From: a virus
Lineage: Duplodnaviria; Caudoviricetes
IMG/VR virus record: IMGVR_UViG_3300027533_000013
Coordinates: 1 to 64,000 of that record
DNA length: 64,000 nt
Strand: one strand, 5' to 3'
In this document: in pieces, positions 1 to 9,606 of the stretch
Numbering within the stretch: position 1 is the first letter of the stretch
How the letters are laid out: every line of letters begins with the position of its first letter
The notes under the pieces: model-generated
What the model was told of the DNA's origin: nothing
Seen by the model: only the letters and a program-made list of their open reading frames with translations
Database searches by the model: none
Made by a program: the position numbers and the translations under genes

Positions 1-2
1 TG

Positions 3-437
3 GGCTATGAGGGTCTGATGATTCGGAGTCCGAAGGGACCATACAAGCAAGGCCGATCCACCAGCAACGAAGGCTTCCTGATGAAGATGAAGCGGTTCGT
101 GGATGGTGAGGGCGAAGTGTTGGACCTTATCGAGCAAGAGTCGAATCAGAACACGGCGTTCGTGAACGAACTGGGCCGCACAGCACGTAGCTCGGCCAAG
201 GATGGTAAGGTCGCCAAGGGCACGTTGGGGGCCTACCTCGTGAAGAATTTGGAGACGGGTGTCGTTCACAAGGTAAGTCCGACCGGCACGCTGTCCGACC
301 GTCAGGCCATCTGGAACGACAGCGAGAAGTATCTCGGGAAGATTGTGAAGTTCAAGTTCTTCCCCACGGGTGGCAAGGATAAACCGCGCTTCCCGCAGTT
401 CGTCGGGTTCAGGGATGCGTCGGATATGGGGGCGTGA
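3..437 (+). CDS. ATP-dependent DNA ligase, C-terminal part (5' truncated by window edge)
   Basis: GYEGLMIR (motif IV), YKQGRS..LMKMKRF (motif V), OB-fold end GKIVKFKFF..KPRFPQFVGFRD. Confidence 0.9.
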   Translation, partial: GYEGLMIRSPKGPYKQGRSTSNEGFLMKMKRFVDGEGEVLDLIEQESNQNTAFVNELGRTARSSAKDGKVAKGTLGAYLVKNLETGVVHKVSPTGTLSDRQAIWNDSEKYLGKIVKFKFFPTGGKDKPRFPQFVGFRDASDMGA

Positions 438-679
438 TGAAGTTCAGTCGGGTGCAGGTATACATGGCCACGTTCGACTTGGTGGTGAATGGTGTCATCA
501 AGGTCGAGACGGAGCCGTGCGAGGAACAGTTGCTGGTGGCGAAGGATTTCCCAGCGGCATACGCCATGGCTGATGCCATGAGGAACGAATTGCGCGGCAC
601 ATCCGTGCATAAAGAGACGGTGATTCGTGACATTTCGGTGGTGAACATCGATGTCTTTCAGAAGGAGAGTGAGAAGTGA
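434..679 (+). CDS. hypothetical protein
   Basis: 81-aa ORF overlapping ligase stop and next start. Confidence 0.6.
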   Translation: MMKFSRVQVYMATFDLVVNGVIKVETEPCEEQLLVAKDFPAAYAMADAMRNELRGTSVHKETVIRDISVVNIDVFQKESEK

Positions 680-1191
680 GACGGCAGATTGTTATGGGGT
701 TGATCGCCTGTATGTTGTCCAGCGGGACAACGGTGTGGGCGCAAGACGTGTATGTGTTTGATGAAGCGAAGTTTAACGCCGAAAGCTATGCTCTGATGCG
801 TGAGCATTGTTTGAAGAACAAAGACGCACCGGGCGTTGAGGGGTGGTGTGTACGAAATGGCTACTTGCCAGCACCGACCACGAAGTGGCTGTCACCGGGG
901 TTGGCGGTGGCTGGCCTGCTCACCACGATAGCAGGCATGGGCGTGGCGATGCACTGGGGTGAAGACACGAAGAACGTGTTGGGTAATCAATACTGCGTGT
1001 CGGACTACGGCGACGTAGAGTATGGCTCGTGTGGTGGCCCGACACAGACGCAGATCGGTTTGATCATGATCGGGAGTGGCGTGTTGATGGGGTTCATCGG
1101 AAGTAGGCACGTAGCCATCAATCCACAGATATCGAAGGACAAGAAAGCCGTAACGGCAACGGTGGAGTGGGGAAGCGACCGTCGTCGGTAA
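676..1191 (+). CDS. hypothetical secreted/membrane protein
   Basis: signal-peptide-like N-terminus, two further hydrophobic segments. Confidence 0.6.
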   Translation: MRRQIVMGLIACMLSSGTTVWAQDVYVFDEAKFNAESYALMREHCLKNKDAPGVEGWCVRNGYLPAPTTKWLSPGLAVAGLLTTIAGMGVAMHWGEDTKNVLGNQYCVSDYGDVEYGSCGGPTQTQIGLIMIGSGVLMGFIGSRHVAINPQISKDKKAVTATVEWGSDRRR

Positions 1192-1192
1192 T

Positions 1193-1206
1193 TGCAATCA
1201 ATTGCA
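1193..1206. promoter_or_regulatory. 14-bp palindromic site TGCAATCAATTGCA (intergenic copy of genome-wide motif)
   Basis: exact match to consensus TGCAATYRATTGCA, ~21 copies in window. Confidence 0.7.
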
Positions 1207-1216
1207 GGGAGATGTG

Positions 1217-1609
1217 ATGGAGTATACGGTCAGGTGGACGACACAGGTGGATGCGGAGTCGCCACAAGAAGCGGCCAAGCTGGCGGCGGCGATGCAGCGA
1301 GACCCCAGCACGCTAGCCATCGTGTTTGAAGTGGTGGCCGGGGAGTATTCGGACGACCCTAACGTGCAGTACAAGACCATCGAAGTGCCGTGGCCGGAGA
1401 CTCCGGTGGACATGTCGCTGCGGGAGAATCTGCTCCACGGACAGCGGCAAGCCCTGGTCCAGGCGCGGATGATTGACGGTGATAGCCCGGAACCGACAAC
1501 CGCTGGTACGCAGTACCGTGGATGGGCGTCACTGATGGGGCAAGCGGCTGCGGCGTTGGAGCAGTCATTCAATGAATGGCTTCAACGTAGGCGGAAGGAG
1601 AGAACGTGA
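1217..1609 (+). CDS. hypothetical protein
   Basis: GGAGA RBS before ATG 1217; coupled to next gene. Confidence 0.6.
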   Translation: MEYTVRWTTQVDAESPQEAAKLAAAMQRDPSTLAIVFEVVAGEYSDDPNVQYKTIEVPWPETPVDMSLRENLLHGQRQALVQARMIDGDSPEPTTAGTQYRGWASLMGQAAAALEQSFNEWLQRRRKERT

Positions 1610-1950
1610 CGCTGAGGAAGATTGTCTCGTTTGGGTTCAAGTACGACGGAGAACCGCCGTCTCCGGCTGGGGTGTTGGTGGTGGATATCCGCCAGATGTT
1701 CCGGAACCCGTATCATGACCGGAAGCTGCGTTACAAGCGGGGGACGGACCCCGAAGTGCAGGCCGACGTCATGAAGACCCCGAACTTCCAAGCCAAGTAC
1801 GACTACCTGAAGGAAGAAGTCACGACACCGGGGGTGGAGGAAGCATGGATCGGATGCACAGGGGGTCGGCATAGATCGGTTTTCCTTGCAGAACGATTGG
1901 GGAAAGAGCTTGGTGTTCTCGTTGAACATCGTGACATCGACAGGTCATGA
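1606..1950 (+). CDS. stand-alone RapZ/YvcJ C-terminal domain protein
   Basis: SFGFKY, VDIR..FRNP, IGCTGGRHRSV..AE.L, EHRDI match RapZ CTD; no P-loop N-domain. Confidence 0.85.
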   Translation: MTLRKIVSFGFKYDGEPPSPAGVLVVDIRQMFRNPYHDRKLRYKRGTDPEVQADVMKTPNFQAKYDYLKEEVTTPGVEEAWIGCTGGRHRSVFLAERLGKELGVLVEHRDIDRS

Positions 1951-2108
1951 AGCTGTTGCTTTTGACCCAAGGCAAGGCCGCACTGGTTGATGATGCTGAT
2001 TGGGACAGGAAAACGAACGGCATCAGCGCCGACGCCACGAACACCACCACCAGTATTTTACCCCGGAATAGGCTCTTGACAAATATCCCGGCCTTTGGTA
2101 GTATATAG
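1947..2108 (+). pseudogene. remnant N-terminus of HNH(-AP2)-type homing endonuclease
   Basis: MKLLLLTQGKAALVDDADWD resembles the LTQGKxAxVDDxD start of HNH-AP2 endonucleases, then stops after 53 aa with no HNH motif. Confidence 0.5.
2076..2104 (+). promoter_or_regulatory. sigma70-type promoter
   Basis: TTGACA-17-TAGTAT with extended TG. Confidence 0.75.
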
Positions 2109-2139
2109 GGAGTCGTTTAACCCAAAGGAGTTGGGACAT

Positions 2140-2955
2140 ATGAACATCGCAGAACAAGTCGCTCAGTTGCAAAACGCCCTGCCGAAGCTGAAGGCTAACG
2201 ATCAAGATTTCGCCATCAGCCTCATCGCGTCATTCAAGAAGTACAAGAAGCTGTCCCCCAAGCAAGAGCCGTGGATCGGCAAGTTGCTGGAACGTGCGAC
2301 CACCCCGGCCTTTCAGGTGGTGGCGTCATCGCCTGTGGCGGTGGAAGTTGGTTCGTTTGAAGGGGTCATCGCGCTCTTCGCCAAGGCGAAGGCGCATCTC
2401 AAGTTCCCGAAGATCACGCTGCTCTGTCTCGGCAAGCCGGTCACGCTAGCGGTCGCTGGACCCAATAGCAAGGCCGCTGGGAGCATCAACGTCATGGGTG
2501 AGGGTCAATACCCCAACCGTGCCTTCTACGGTCGTGTGAGCCCCGAGGGCGTCTGGTGGCCATCGTTCAAGACCAGCCCCGAGATGGTGGAGGCCCTGAC
2601 GGCGCTCCTGACCAAGTTCTCGGCGCAACCCGCACGGGTGGCTCGGGAGCACGGTAAGTTGACGGGTCATTGCTGCTTCTGCAACAAGGGCCTGACCGAC
2701 GAGAAGTCGTTGGCGGCAGGCTTTGGCCCTGTGTGCGCGAATCATTACGGTTTGTCGGTGGAGTGGAAGCTGGCGGGGGCGAAGGCTTCGTTGGAAGCTG
2801 GGGTGGTGGCCAGTGAAGTGGTCACCATCGAGGGTGAGCCGGTGCAAGCGGCATCAGCCATCAAGTGTTTTTTCTGTGAGGTGCCTTCGGTTGAGACGCA
2901 AGTGATTCAAGGTTACACTGTCTGCCCGAAGTGCGCGGCACAATTGATGAAGTAA
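2140..2955 (+). CDS. DUF6011-like zinc-binding domain protein
   Basis: CCFCNKGLTDEKSLAAGFGPVC motif plus C-terminal CxxC..CxxC; AAGGAG RBS before ATG 2140. Confidence 0.7.
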   Translation: MNIAEQVAQLQNALPKLKANDQDFAISLIASFKKYKKLSPKQEPWIGKLLERATTPAFQVVASSPVAVEVGSFEGVIALFAKAKAHLKFPKITLLCLGKPVTLAVAGPNSKAAGSINVMGEGQYPNRAFYGRVSPEGVWWPSFKTSPEMVEALTALLTKFSAQPARVAREHGKLTGHCCFCNKGLTDEKSLAAGFGPVCANHYGLSVEWKLAGAKASLEAGVVASEVVTIEGEPVQAASAIKCFFCEVPSVETQVIQGYTVCPKCAAQLMK

Positions 2956-2960
2956 GTTGC

Positions 2961-3025
2961 GGCGAGGTCAGGCTAGCCGGGGTCTGGCAAGGTATGGTGA
3001 GGTTGGGCAAGGCACGGTTCGGTGT
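2961..3025 (+). repeat. pentameric (GGNNN)n tract
   Basis: ggcga ggtca ggcta gccgg ggtct ggcaa ggtat ggtga ggttg ggcaa ggcac ggttc ggtgt: 12 of 13 pentamers start with GG. Confidence 0.75.
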
Positions 3026-3109
3026 TGACAAAGTAAGACGTAGTGACGAGAATAGGGACGGGTGGGAGGTCGAGTTTTCCTCCTGCCCGTGAGTCTTTTG
3101 GGAGAGTCG

Positions 3110-3352
3110 ATGGACGGATGCGAGATCGTCGCCGTAAACAGTGCGTGGTATTGCAAGACGCACGAGTGCCGGATGAGTGGCACACAGGTGCCACCCGTGT
3201 TGTGCTTGAAGGTCCGACCGATGACCAGCAAGGAGCGGAAGTGGCTCCAGAAGGAACAGCGGTTGTTGACCTATCGGTTCTATGCGGGTACATTGACGCG
3301 AGAGGACCGGCAGCGTATGGCTGAGGTCAAGGAGCTACTGAACCCATCATGA
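3110..3352 (+). CDS. hypothetical protein
   Basis: GGAGA RBS before ATG 3110. Confidence 0.5.
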   Translation: MDGCEIVAVNSAWYCKTHECRMSGTQVPPVLCLKVRPMTSKERKWLQKEQRLLTYRFYAGTLTREDRQRMAEVKELLNPS

Positions 3353-3509
3353 CCATGTGGTGGCGACGGGTGAGACGGTGGCTGAAAGACCGGTGGTGGG
3401 CAGAGCCATTGCTCGATTCGCATGACTACATGTCCGATACGTGGATGAACGATCATATCTACCGGGCGGGTGTGGGTAGGGGTAAAGATACGTGAACTGA
3501 ACTAATACC

Positions 3510-3725
3510 ATGGAGGGTGAGATGAAGCTCGGAGAGATTGCTCGGTTGGATGGGTTGACGCTTCCTAAATGTTGGCGGAAGCAGAAGTATAAGTCTGAGG
3601 GAGCCGCAAATGCACACTTACGTTCATTGGGTAGGTCGGCTGGCGTGCAAAGAGAAAATGAATTGAATGCGTTTGTCTGCCCATGGTGTAAGTATTGGCA
3701 TGTGGGCCGAAGCAGACAAGATTGA
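3510..3725 (+). CDS. small Cys/His zinc-finger-like phage protein
   Basis: CWRKQKYKS..AFVCPWCKYWHVG. Confidence 0.6.
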   Translation: MEGEMKLGEIARLDGLTLPKCWRKQKYKSEGAANAHLRSLGRSAGVQRENELNAFVCPWCKYWHVGRSRQD

Positions 3726-3789
3726 GAAATCAATTGATTACGGGTCGTCCGGCAATTGATTGCAAAAAGTAAAATTATAATTGGTGGGT

Positions 3790-3960
3790 AAGAAGGCCCT
3801 GTCTGGGGATGGTCAACAATCAATTTATTGATGTTGTGATCAGTTGAACCGGGCAGGTTGGGTACGGCCCCGTGTGGGAGTCCTTAATGCGGAAGGGACT
3901 GTGAACCTACGGGAAGAACGTCAGTCGCATCGCTGGCCGCTGTAGGCGATGCGCGGTTAA
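3790..3960 (+). ncRNA. candidate structured non-coding RNA or leader
   Basis: three consecutive stems (3798-3857, 3869-3913, 3926-3953) in a ~300-bp intergenic gap, downstream of TATAAT at 3776. Confidence 0.35.
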
Positions 3961-4033
3961 AAAATTTGGCGTGATTATCGGATGCGAGTATACTTGTGGG
4001 CGTCTGTCGGTCCTTTTTAGGAGTCCCACGACG

Positions 4034-4351
4034 ATGCCCAACAGTAATCCGCAAGCGATCCTCATTGCGAACTCAAAAATTCGACCGATGGCTGATGTGT
4101 TGGCTGGCATGTTCAACATGCTCAAGTCAGCCCAGATCGAATATGTGGCCGAAGGCTGGGGTGCGCTCTTTCCCGCCGACAACGAAATCCTCGTAGATGG
4201 TTCGGCTGAGGATGGCCGCACACCGATCACCAACAACGACGTACGGAATCTCATTCTCGTCCATGCAGCGGCCATTCTGTCGGCTCTAGAGGCCAACGGT
4301 AATGCAGGCCGCGACCTCGCCTTCAAGATTGCCCCGAATCCCAGAGTCTGA
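4034..4351 (+). CDS. hypothetical (probable virion) protein
   Basis: AGGAG RBS; first gene of tightly coupled cluster. Confidence 0.6.
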   Translation: MPNSNPQAILIANSKIRPMADVLAGMFNMLKSAQIEYVAEGWGALFPADNEILVDGSAEDGRTPITNNDVRNLILVHAAAILSALEANGNAGRDLAFKIAPNPRV

Positions 4352-4353
4352 CC

Positions 4354-5808
4354 GTGTCCATCAATGCAGCGATGAACTGGTGGGTCCGCGCAGGCGGCGA
4401 CCAGTTGAATGGCGGCGGCTATGATGAGACGGTGAGTGGCGCAGGCACGAACTTCTGCGACCAAGATTCACCGCAACTCTCGCTGTCTGATTTTGCCACG
4501 TCGGGCGCAGCATCGACCACGCTCACCAGTGCCACAGGCGGGTTCACTGCCGCCATGATTGGTAATGTCATTCGCATCGCGTCAGGAACGAACTTCCAGA
4601 CTGGTTACTACGTCATCACCGCCTACACGAACACGAACACCGTAACCCTCGACCGGACGCCCACGTCTGGTGGTGCGGGGTCTGGAGGCGTGGGAAGGGT
4701 AGGAGGAGCCCATCCCGGTTTCATCAACTACGGAATCGGCGGGACGGCTACACAGCCGACGATTACTTCGCCGTTGGCGGCGGGTCACAGGATTAACGTC
4801 CGTGGTTCTGGATCGAGTGATCCGGGGTCGCCCGACTATACTCAAAGCGGATACTACACTTTAACAAGTGGTGATGAAACCTCTGGCCATATTCATATTA
4901 AGGGTTACAACGGGCGTCCACGATTCAATGTTGCTAACCTCCTGATATATGACGCTGGTTTTTTGCGCGTGTCAGGGATCGTGTGCCATGCCACCGGAGC
5001 CGACTTCGCGGTTAATGGATTTTTTGGCGTCAACTCAGGCAATCATCGGTCGTTCGCAGATTGTATTTTCGATATCAATGGGATCGACATGGCGGTGGCT
5101 CAGGCGGTTGAAGCGTTCCTGAACTGTACCATCAGGAATAGTGGATCAACGTCGGCTGGATCGTATCCTGCTCTTCTACTGGATTCCTACAATGCGGTGG
5201 TGAGTGGTGTCTATTGTCGTAATTTTCGTGGGTACTTCGCCACCGTCGTGAATATGGCGACCATCAACAACTCAGTCATTGCTGGGTGTCGTCATGGGTC
5301 GAATGCGGCGTTTGTCGTAAATTTAGCTGCCAATAGCTATAAGGCGAATTTTAATCGCGTCACGATTTATGGCTCCACAGGTTCTGGGATATCGCTGACC
5401 GCTGCCCAAGATATCTTCAATACGTCCATCAATAATTGCGTGTTTGATAGTAATGGTGGGTATGGGATCACGTGTGCCACGGGTACGCAAGCTCGTAACG
5501 ACCGGATGAAACCGCACTGGGACTACAATGCCTTCCGAAATAACTCCTCGGGTGCAAGAAATGCGGTGGGTGCCGGGGACCACGATGTGACGCTTTCAGC
5601 CGATCCCTTTACCAATGCGGGAAGTGGAGATTTTTCTCTCAACAACACGGCTGGTGGCGGTGCGGCATTGCGTGCGGCTGGTTTCCCCGGCGCATATCTC
5701 GGGGGTCTCACGACGGGGTATCTTGATATTGGCGCGGTGCAGCATCAAAGTGTTGCTGGGGGCGGTGGACTTTCACGGCCTGTTGGAATGGGTGGGGGGC
5801 TTGTCTGA
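4354..5808 (+). CDS. tail-fibre/spike-like protein with right-handed beta-helix (pectin-lyase-like) region
   Basis: G/T/S/N-rich; NCxF/NxxI beta-helix repeats; ADPFTNAGSGDFSL..DIGAVQ cap motif. Confidence 0.65.
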   Translation: MSINAAMNWWVRAGGDQLNGGGYDETVSGAGTNFCDQDSPQLSLSDFATSGAASTTLTSATGGFTAAMIGNVIRIASGTNFQTGYYVITAYTNTNTVTLDRTPTSGGAGSGGVGRVGGAHPGFINYGIGGTATQPTITSPLAAGHRINVRGSGSSDPGSPDYTQSGYYTLTSGDETSGHIHIKGYNGRPRFNVANLLIYDAGFLRVSGIVCHATGADFAVNGFFGVNSGNHRSFADCIFDINGIDMAVAQAVEAFLNCTIRNSGSTSAGSYPALLLDSYNAVVSGVYCRNFRGYFATVVNMATINNSVIAGCRHGSNAAFVVNLAANSYKANFNRVTIYGSTGSGISLTAAQDIFNTSINNCVFDSNGGYGITCATGTQARNDRMKPHWDYNAFRNNSSGARNAVGAGDHDVTLSADPFTNAGSGDFSLNNTAGGGAALRAAGFPGAYLGGLTTGYLDIGAVQHQSVAGGGGLSRPVGMGGGLV

Positions 5809-6401
5809 TGGAAGAAATCCTAATCGGCACGACCGACCGCTCCATCTTGGTGTTCGTGCCAGACCCAGCCGCCACAGATGGTACTGGGAAGACCGGGCTG
5901 GCACATACCGCCATGACCGTCAGCGTGACCCGTGTGGAGACGGACAATGACGTGGTCATCACCGATGCCACGTCCAGTCTGAACGCCCTCAGCACCCTCA
6001 CAGACGCCCACAACGACTGGGGCTGGAAGGAAGTGAGTAGCACGCTAGCCCCCGGCCTCTATCGCCTTGACGTGGCGGATGCCGCTTTTGCAGCCGGTGC
6101 TCTGTACGCAGTCATCTACGTCATGATCACCACGGGTGAAGCCGCAGCCGTCCCGAAGGCATTCCGTTTGATGACGTATACCGAAGTCATTGATGCGTTG
6201 TTGTGTCGTGACTGGACCGCGATCACGCTCACGCCTGCCGACAGATCCGTGCTGCAAGCCTTGAGGCTTCTGCGTAACAAGTGGGATATAGCGTTGGGCG
6301 TTCTTACCGTCAAGAAGGAAGACGACACCACCACGGCATGGACCTCGGTGTTGACGGGCGCTCCGGGGGCTGACCCCGTATCAGGGAGTGACCCCACGTG
6401 A
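5808..6401 (+). CDS. putative virion structural protein
   Basis: PGLYRLDVADAAFA; C-terminus RDWTAI..RLLRN.W..LTV.KEDD.TTAW..GSDPT shared with 7118-8485. Confidence 0.65.
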   Translation: MEEILIGTTDRSILVFVPDPAATDGTGKTGLAHTAMTVSVTRVETDNDVVITDATSSLNALSTLTDAHNDWGWKEVSSTLAPGLYRLDVADAAFAAGALYAVIYVMITTGEAAAVPKAFRLMTYTEVIDALLCRDWTAITLTPADRSVLQALRLLRNKWDIALGVLTVKKEDDTTTAWTSVLTGAPGADPVSGSDPT

Positions 6402-7114
6402 GTTTTTCTGCGATCACCCAGAGAGCATCCGCTTCTCGCGGCTCCTCTGATTTTATTGCGGTCACATTTTCATCTGGAAGTGTGGTAGTTGGGAAAGCGG
6501 CGTTTGTTGTTGTTCTTTCGAGAAACAGAGCCACAACGAATGGCGCGTCAAATACTCATACTGGACTTACGAGTATTACCGCCACGAATACGTGGGTCAA
6601 GCTCGGGGAATATACCCAAACGTCGGGAACCATAAGTGATGGATCGTGTCTTTCGATTTGGTCCAGTATCATCACGTCTCAAATTACCGCTGGTGCAGAC
6701 AATCTACGGATGTCGTTCAGCGGCATCGTTTCACGTTCGATAATGTATGTGTTTGACGCGAGTGTTGGTGCTGGCATTCTTGGTCTTTCATTGGCTGAAC
6801 TTGGTGTGGGACAAAATGCGTATGAAGCGAGTGTCTCTGGACTGCCCAGCCGTGAGTATTTGTTGATTGGTGCGATGGGGGGTAACAGTTCAGATACCAC
6901 CAAAACTCCGGATGCTGATTATGTGGAACGCCACGATGTAACGGACCAAACGGACTTAACCTTTGCGGCTCACATCCAAACGCGCATCGCCACGTTGACC
7001 GATGATACGTGTTCGTCCACGGATTGGACGGCAACCAATCCCTTGTCGTTGTTAGCAGCAGTGTATGAGCAATCCAATTCGTGGAATTATTACGCGCAGC
7101 ATCGCGGAGCATAA
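6398..7114 (+). CDS. putative virion structural protein (beta-rich)
   Basis: Ser/Thr-rich ORF coupled on both sides. Confidence 0.55.
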   Translation: MSFSAITQRASASRGSSDFIAVTFSSGSVVVGKAAFVVVLSRNRATTNGASNTHTGLTSITATNTWVKLGEYTQTSGTISDGSCLSIWSSIITSQITAGADNLRMSFSGIVSRSIMYVFDASVGAGILGLSLAELGVGQNAYEASVSGLPSREYLLIGAMGGNSSDTTKTPDADYVERHDVTDQTDLTFAAHIQTRIATLTDDTCSSTDWTATNPLSLLAAVYEQSNSWNYYAQHRGA

Positions 7115-7117
7115 TCG

Positions 7118-8485
7118 ATGAACAGTTACCTTCGGCAATCAACTGCATCGCAGTCACGGGCCTTGGGTCCGTTTGTAGACTCATCGAATGTTCCGGCAAC
7201 CGGTCTGTCCATCGCCAACACCGATATCAAAATCGTCGTGAACGGCGCAGCCAGTGTCAACAAGAATTCAGGTGGCGGCACGCATCGCGTGAACGGTGTC
7301 TATGGGGTGACGTGGGATGCGACCGATACCGCCACCGTTGGTGAGATGGAAGTCTCGGTGTATGTAGCTGGGGCCTTAGTGGTGTTTGCAACGTATACCG
7401 TGTTGGAAGAAGCGCAGTACGATTCACTATTCGGCGCAGCTTTGCTTAGTCTTGATGGATCGGGCAACGTGTTGATGGCACTGGGCAAGCTATCGATTAC
7501 TCCGGCCTCTGGAGTGGCGGTGGAAATATTGGGGCAAGGCTCTGGCGCAGGCGTCAGAATTGTCGGAGGAGCAACGGGGAAGGGCCTTGAGATCATTGGT
7601 GGAGCCACGAGCGGAAACGGTGTGCATATCTCCACAACGAATGGTGTCGGCCTTAATGTTGTGGCGGCTGGCACTGTCGCGGTTCAGTTGACGACATCGG
7701 CAGCAGCATCGGCGCTATCTATTGTTGGGGGCGCGAGTGCGACAGCAGCCGTTTACATCCTCGGTGGGGCGGGTAGTGAAGGACTCCGCATTGTGGGTGG
7801 CACGGACTCTGATGGCGTACGGATTCATGGTGGTGGCGCGGATGGTGTGGGTCTCCAAGTGCGTGGGGGAACGGCGGCGATTGGCGTGGATGTGCGCGGC
7901 GGGTCCACGAGTGGCGATGGCATCAAGATTTCTGCCACGAGTGGGCAAGCGGTGTGGCTGGAAAGCGCGAGTGGCCTTGGCCTCTACGTGAAGGGCGGTG
8001 GCGGCAACGAAGGCGGATACTTTGTAGGCGACGACGCGCCGGGTGTGCGTCTTGTTGGCGGTGATACTGCCGCAGGATTGCATTGTCAGAGTGGTGTTGG
8101 TAACGGGGCTGGTATTTTTGCCGTTGGTGGGACAACAGGACCGGGAATCGAAGTCCGAGGTGGCGGGTCCGATAGTATCGGTCTTTGGGTGAAGGGATCT
8201 GGCACAGGCGCAGGAATGACGGCTGTTGGCGGTGGGTCTGGGGTTCCGCTAAACATCGAGACGGTTCGTCAAATCACGGATGAATTACTGAAGCGTGATT
8301 GGACGGCCATCACCGGAGAGTCCGCACGGTCATTGTTGAATGCGGCCCGACTGCTCCGCAACCACTGGGAAATTGTGGCGGGTATCTTGACGGTCACGAA
8401 AGAAGACGATTCCACCACTGCGTGGCAAGCGGCGATTGCCACGACACCGGGTGCGGTGCCGATCACGGGGAGTGACCCCACGTAA
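7118..8485 (+). CDS. glycine-rich fibre-like protein
   Basis: LRQSTA..LGPFVD N-domain, ~13-aa GxGxxIxGG repeats, shared GSDPT C-terminus. Confidence 0.7.
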   Translation: MNSYLRQSTASQSRALGPFVDSSNVPATGLSIANTDIKIVVNGAASVNKNSGGGTHRVNGVYGVTWDATDTATVGEMEVSVYVAGALVVFATYTVLEEAQYDSLFGAALLSLDGSGNVLMALGKLSITPASGVAVEILGQGSGAGVRIVGGATGKGLEIIGGATSGNGVHISTTNGVGLNVVAAGTVAVQLTTSAAASALSIVGGASATAAVYILGGAGSEGLRIVGGTDSDGVRIHGGGADGVGLQVRGGTAAIGVDVRGGSTSGDGIKISATSGQAVWLESASGLGLYVKGGGGNEGGYFVGDDAPGVRLVGGDTAAGLHCQSGVGNGAGIFAVGGTTGPGIEVRGGGSDSIGLWVKGSGTGAGMTAVGGGSGVPLNIETVRQITDELLKRDWTAITGESARSLLNAARLLRNHWEIVAGILTVTKEDDSTTAWQAAIATTPGAVPITGSDPT

Positions 8486-9606
8486 TGGCTCTTGTTCGTC
8501 TCCCTACACCGTTGCCCTTTGGCGTTGTCACGCAACCTTTTAATCAGGTGGGTGGCATTGCAGGGGTGGGCCACAGTCAAAGCACGGTGGGTCAGATTTT
8601 TTTTGAGGATGGACTCGGCCCGAAAACATTGTCTGCGGCTGGCGGCGGGGCGATACTTTGGTTGTCACAGAGTCCGATTACGTGGGCCAACGCGGGAACC
8701 ACCTTGCGCGTGAGCGTGATGGATACTGAAGCCAGTGGGTATGAGGATGGCACGCCTGACGTGTATGGAACTCTCGTACCCGGAGTGAATACCCTCACCA
8801 CCCTTGCGTGGCAGACGACCCTGATGACCTCCGGGTCAAAGACGATGAACGATGGTGACCTGATTGCTGTGCAATTGGAGATGACGAGTCTGGGCGGGTC
8901 GGATAGTGTGTTGGTACAACGAACACAGGGGACGTTCCCCTTTAGTGGATGGCCCTATTCGTCGTTGCCACATGGGGTGAGCGATACCGGCTCGGGATTT
9001 ACTAAATCAACACTGATGGTCCCTGTCGTCCTGCGATTCGATGATGGGACGTATGGATGGATGACCGGTCATCCTCTTATTGGAAATGCTCCGGTTCCAA
9101 ACGATATAACGAAGCTGAGTTTTGGAAGCTCGTCATCGCCTGATGAATGTGGAGCGGCGTTCAGTTTGTCGTTCCGTGCCACTGTCTCTGGAGTGCTTTT
9201 GCAGGCTGCGGAGACGTATAGCACCAGTGCGTGTGAAGTCAGTGTCCTCTCTGACCCGTGGGGAACGCCAACCGCGATTCCGGGGATGCCGATTGCCTAT
9301 AACGCGGAGGCTATTTCGAGCATTGGTGGTGTCTTTGGTGGGTGGATATTGACCCAGTTACCCACACCACTCACGGTGGAGCCGAACGTGGAATATGCGG
9401 TGCCGTTGCGACCAACGACTACCAATGTGCAAAGTTTGGGGGTGATGGATCTAGGGAGTGGGTATGGTTTTCTGAAGCGTATGTATCCCTATGCTACGCT
9501 CAAGACGGTGGGACGTACGAATCAAACAGGAGCGTTCACTGAGATACAACCGCATTACATGCCGGTGTTTGGCCTGATGCTGTCGCATCTTGAGGATGGA
9601 CTCTGA
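8485..9606 (+). CDS. putative virion protein (paralogue A)
   Basis: MALVRLPTP..KTLSAAGGGAI..RFDDGTYGW shared with next gene. Confidence 0.65.
   Translation: MALVRLPTPLPFGVVTQPFNQVGGIAGVGHSQSTVGQIFFEDGLGPKTLSAAGGGAILWLSQSPITWANAGTTLRVSVMDTEASGYEDGTPDVYGTLVPGVNTLTTLAWQTTLMTSGSKTMNDGDLIAVQLEMTSLGGSDSVLVQRTQGTFPFSGWPYSSLPHGVSDTGSGFTKSTLMVPVVLRFDDGTYGWMTGHPLIGNAPVPNDITKLSFGSSSSPDECGAAFSLSFRATVSGVLLQAAETYSTSACEVSVLSDPWGTPTAIPGMPIAYNAEAISSIGGVFGGWILTQLPTPLTVEPNVEYAVPLRPTTTNVQSLGVMDLGSGYGFLKRMYPYATLKTVGRTNQTGAFTEIQPHYMPVFGLMLSHLEDGL

Noticed and set aside
1606-1950. Calling the gene rapZ
   Set aside because: Only the C-terminal domain is present.
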